NCBI GenBank assembly: GCA_964413835.1
Contig: CAYPTT010000001.1
Coordinates: forward strand, 1-51,218
Origin: an uncultured Candidatus Saccharibacteria bacterium
GTDB lineage: Bacteria > Patescibacteriota > Saccharimonadia > Saccharimonadales > Saccharimonadaceae
Direction of reading: 5' to 3'
DNA length: 51,218 nt
The position numbers and the translations under genes were made by a program. Below the pieces are notes generated by a model. It was not told the origin of the DNA and did not search any database. It saw only the letters and a program-made list of their open reading frames with translations. This document shows positions 48,447 through 51,218 of this stretch, piece by piece (within the stretch, counting starts at the first letter, position 1; every line of letters begins with the position of its first letter).

Positions 48447-48474
48447 AAAACAGCCTCTCGGATGAGGGGCTGTT
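48446..48474 (-). terminator. Intrinsic terminator abutting cassette B
   Basis: Minus strand aacagcccctc-atcc-gagaggctgtt followed by ttt. Confidence 0.7.
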
Positions 48475-48526
48475 GGGAGAATGGAGGATTATTTAGATAA
48501 TTTCTTTGTTGGGGAGAATTGTAGTA

Positions 48527-48975
48527 TTATTGGTTGACACGGCGGAAGTATATTTCTAGTTTATTGAGGTTGAAGCGATTGCATGGTATTTTGGTGAAAC
48601 TCTTGACGCCGATAGCTCTAACATCTGGTAGGTCAAGGTAGATATATGGTCGTCGACGGACGAGTTCTCCGCCGAGATCCTTGATCTTTGGGGCGTATCG
48701 CATGAACTGTTCAATATTAGCATTGTAGTCGGCGTAAATGCGCAGATTATACTGATGTTCATCGAGGATTTGCTCATACAATGCTTCGAGTTGGGCTAGA
48801 ATAAAGCATGAGCAATCGCTGATTTAATGTTCCCCTCTTGGTAGAGTTCCAATAGATTGTCGATAATCTTGTTAGTGAAGGTCTCGTAAAACTCGGCTAA
48901 TATGAAACTGGGATGCATATTGGAATGTTGTTTGCCGAATTCTGTAAGTTCTGTGCTGATATAATGAAAATATGG
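48527..48975 (-). pseudogene. Probable frameshifted hypothetical gene remnant
   Basis: Frame of ORF 48527-48781 extends to a TAA at 48826-48824. A second open frame (PYFHYISTEL...LLELYQEGNIK) covers about 48975-48797, suggesting one frameshift near 48822. Confidence 0.4.
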
Positions 48976-49041
48976 TTATATACGAAATTTTGAGTAAGAG
49001 ATAATTACTGATATAATAAAGAGAAAGATTGAGGAGAAAAG

Positions 49042-49419
49042 ATGAGTAGTATTTTTACGCAAATTGTGAAGGGCGAGATTCCCTGCTATAAGATTTATGA
49101 AGACGAAAAGACGATGGCGTTTCTAGACATTGCGCCGGAAGCGCCGGGGCATACTTTGGTGATCCCAAAGGTGGAAGTGGACAAGGTGTATGATCTGGAC
49201 GAGGAAAATTACACGGCCTTGATGAAGACCGTCAAGATGTTGGCAAAACATCTTGACAAGGTGTTAGGAGAGAGGACAATGATTAAAATCGTCGGGACGG
49301 ATGTGCCTCATACACATGTGCATCTTTTGCCGATTAATGAGAATTGGGCGGGGGAGCGAGAGTTGAAGCCGACGGAGGAAGAGTTTAGGGAGATGCAGGA
49401 GAGACTGGAGATTAAATAA
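49042..49419 (+). CDS. HIT family nucleotide hydrolase
   Basis: SIFTQIVKGEIP, AFLDI.P..PGHTLVIPK, VPHTHVHLLP; GAGGAG RBS. Confidence 0.93.
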   Translation: MSSIFTQIVKGEIPCYKIYEDEKTMAFLDIAPEAPGHTLVIPKVEVDKVYDLDEENYTALMKTVKMLAKHLDKVLGERTMIKIVGTDVPHTHVHLLPINENWAGERELKPTEEEFREMQERLEIK

Positions 49420-49461
49420 AATATATAAAAACAGCCAGATAGTATAGATTTGATTAAAACC

Positions 49462-49590
49462 CATTAAAAACAGCTACATAGTATTTCTCAGACACGATGT
49501 CTTCACATCCCGTCGTTACGGGTGTGAAGCATCTCGTCCTCGGTCGTGACCTGCGGATGGTCTTCGAAATGCTCTGTAGCCGTTTTAGTG
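49462..49590. repeat. Structured intergenic palindromic element, family copy 2
   Basis: Shares its core with 37281-37446, with compensatory stem changes. Confidence 0.75.
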
Positions 49591-49610
49591 ATTTTAATAA
49601 GTCTCTTGGT

Positions 49611-50039
49611 TTATTGGATACTAGGTGTTTCTAGCGCTTCTGTCGCTTCGGGGGTTTCTGGGGTATCTTCGAGGTCTTTTGCTAGTTCGTCGGGATGCTC
49701 GGCATAATAATTGTCGACTTCTTGGGCTTGGTTTTGTTCGGCTTGTGCCATAGCTTCGAGCTCGTCGTTGTTAGCGGGGAGTTCGATTTCTTCGGAGGTC
49801 TCAGAGGCGATGACTTCGGGGGTGGAATCACCGTATTTTTCGGTTTCGATAGTCTGAGCTTTTTCTTCGCTGTAGAGGTCGCCGTCGGATTCGGGGCCGA
49901 TGTCGGTGCTATCTTCAGGGTTATTATCAGCGTATTCATTAGGGTTGGTTTCTTGGAGGTTTTCCCAGGCGTTAGCTTGGGTGACATTTTCGAACCGAGT
50001 TGGTTCATCAAGATTTTTTGGCGCGTTGGGGTTTCCCAT
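49611..50039 (-). CDS. Highly acidic, probably disordered hypothetical protein
   Basis: ATG at 50039 after AAGGAG; E/D/N/P-rich; upstream TTGACA-17-TAGACT promoter at about 50207-50179. Confidence 0.7.
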   Translation of the reverse strand: MGNPNAPKNLDEPTRFENVTQANAWENLQETNPNEYADNNPEDSTDIGPESDGDLYSEEKAQTIETEKYGDSTPEVIASETSEEIELPANNDELEAMAQAEQNQAQEVDNYYAEHPDELAKDLEDTPETPEATEALETPSIQ

Positions 50040-50263
50040 GTGTTCTCCTTTTGGTGTTGAATGTTTATTTTTTGCGGTGACTGCGAGGTGCACCGGGTTT
50101 GATGTGCAATGATTCGGAGGAATCATAGTGTCCGATGGTGAGAACGATGCCGGACCAGCATTTTGCGCTTATGTATCCAGTCTAGCACAGGTTATGCTTT
50201 TTGTCAAGAGGGTTTGATGTTGCTTTTAGATTATGCGTAAGTCTTTGAGCGCTAGCCATGATC

Positions 50264-51218
50264 TTAATAAGCTACACAGCGGACTGAAAGTCCCGTATGG
50301 CCGGGGAAATTGTAGACCGGATAGACCGAATTTTGCTGATAGCTAAAAATAAAGTTTTCTCCATCTTTATAACTAGCTGTTGCAGTTTGATTGTCACCTG
50401 TTAGTCCTAGGTAACGCAGCGAATTTACCTCCATTGCGCCGCTACGCATAAAGTGTAGCGGACTTTTAACGATATTTTGGTTAGCGCCATTGATTTCTCC
50501 ATTGAGAATGGGGGCTGTTGCGATAATATTACTGGGATGAGGTTGATAGTTCCCGGTTGTAGGATAGCCGTAAGCGTGTAGAAGTTGATAAAAGCTTTTA
50601 TTGCGGTCAAATGGTTGGTGTGTGGTCGATCCTCCGCCGCTGACGGGTAATTTCCAACCCTTCGGACAAATGGATGAATTGGCATCTTTAATTTTCGCCG
50701 ATTCGTATATGTCGGTCGCGGAGCTGACCAAATTGTTGCCGCTACCCGCCGTAGCAGTATTCCATTGATACCAATTTCCCAATAAATAATGTGCATCATA
50801 TGTTTGATTTTGAGAATTAGCCGCTATTAAGTCAAATTCTTCTTGATGCCAAATACCAGCTTGTGCTTTAAAATTTGGGGTCCAAGTTTGTATATTCTGA
50901 ATATATACACATGTATCTAATGTTTCGCCGGGTTTGAAGCTATCATAGCTATCTTTGCTCGCATCTGAAATACAGACTGGCTTAGAGATGTTTTCCGTAT
51001 ATACCTTGTTCGGTACTGCGAGTACGTATTGACCTAGGTCCCAGGAGCGTCCGTTGTTATTATAGTTATCTGAGGGTGGTGTTTGTTCCGTATAACTTTC
51101 CGGCTCCCAACTAGCAGCTACATCACTCGTCTCCGGCGTAAGTGGTAAAGTTTTCTCATTCAAATCTAACGCCAAATTCTGCACCATCCAACAATTCTGG
51201 TCTGCAAGCTTAGAGACC
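50264..51218 (-). CDS. FISUMP-family (CLec-fold) protein, 3' part (5' end outside window)
   Basis: Frame open to the edge (VSKLADQNCWMVQNLALDL), GNWYQW, SICPKGWKLP, GLSVRCVAY. Confidence 0.87.
   Translation of the reverse strand, partial: VSKLADQNCWMVQNLALDLNEKTLPLTPETSDVAASWEPESYTEQTPPSDNYNNNGRSWDLGQYVLAVPNKVYTENISKPVCISDASKDSYDSFKPGETLDTCVYIQNIQTWTPNFKAQAGIWHQEEFDLIAANSQNQTYDAHYLLGNWYQWNTATAGSGNNLVSSATDIYESAKIKDANSSICPKGWKLPVSGGGSTTHQPFDRNKSFYQLLHAYGYPTTGNYQPHPSNIIATAPILNGEINGANQNIVKSPLHFMRSGAMEVNSLRYLGLTGDNQTATASYKDGENFIFSYQQNSVYPVYNFPGHTGLSVRCVAY

Noticed and set aside
44445-48500. tRNA-Ser-anchored integrative element or prophage
   Set aside because: No integrase or phage genes, and I saw no duplicated tRNA 3' end in the window.

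Overview
Chromosomal replication-origin region of what looks like a Saccharibacteria (TM7, Patescibacteria/CPR) genome. The taxon is inferred from gene content and order, not from a search. Left to right: a surface-glycan locus (GT2s, glf, wzm/wzt, GtrB-like, three GT-C membrane transferases, a ricin-domain protein, an LCP protein); jag-yidC-rnpA-rpmH-oriC-dnaA-oriC-dnaN-recF; a T4SS-like cluster (VirB4, PrgI, VirB6-like, five VirB2/TrbC-like pilins); and an accessory region with several secreted FISUMP/C-type-lectin-fold (CLec) paralogues and tRNA-Ser(GCT). Best candidates for new biology: (1) two start-less 198-nt CLec C-terminal cassettes with identical ends and a hypervariable NNY-codon core that resemble DGR variable repeats detached from any gene, plus a third orphan fragment; no RT or template repeat is in the window. 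(2) A covarying ~170-nt structured 5' leader in front of three secreted/FISUMP-type genes. (3) Nine helically phased DnaA-box-like motifs inside the wzt coding sequence. (4) rpmH with two in-frame TAG codons. All alignments and counts were done by eye; product calls rest on recognised motifs, not database searches.
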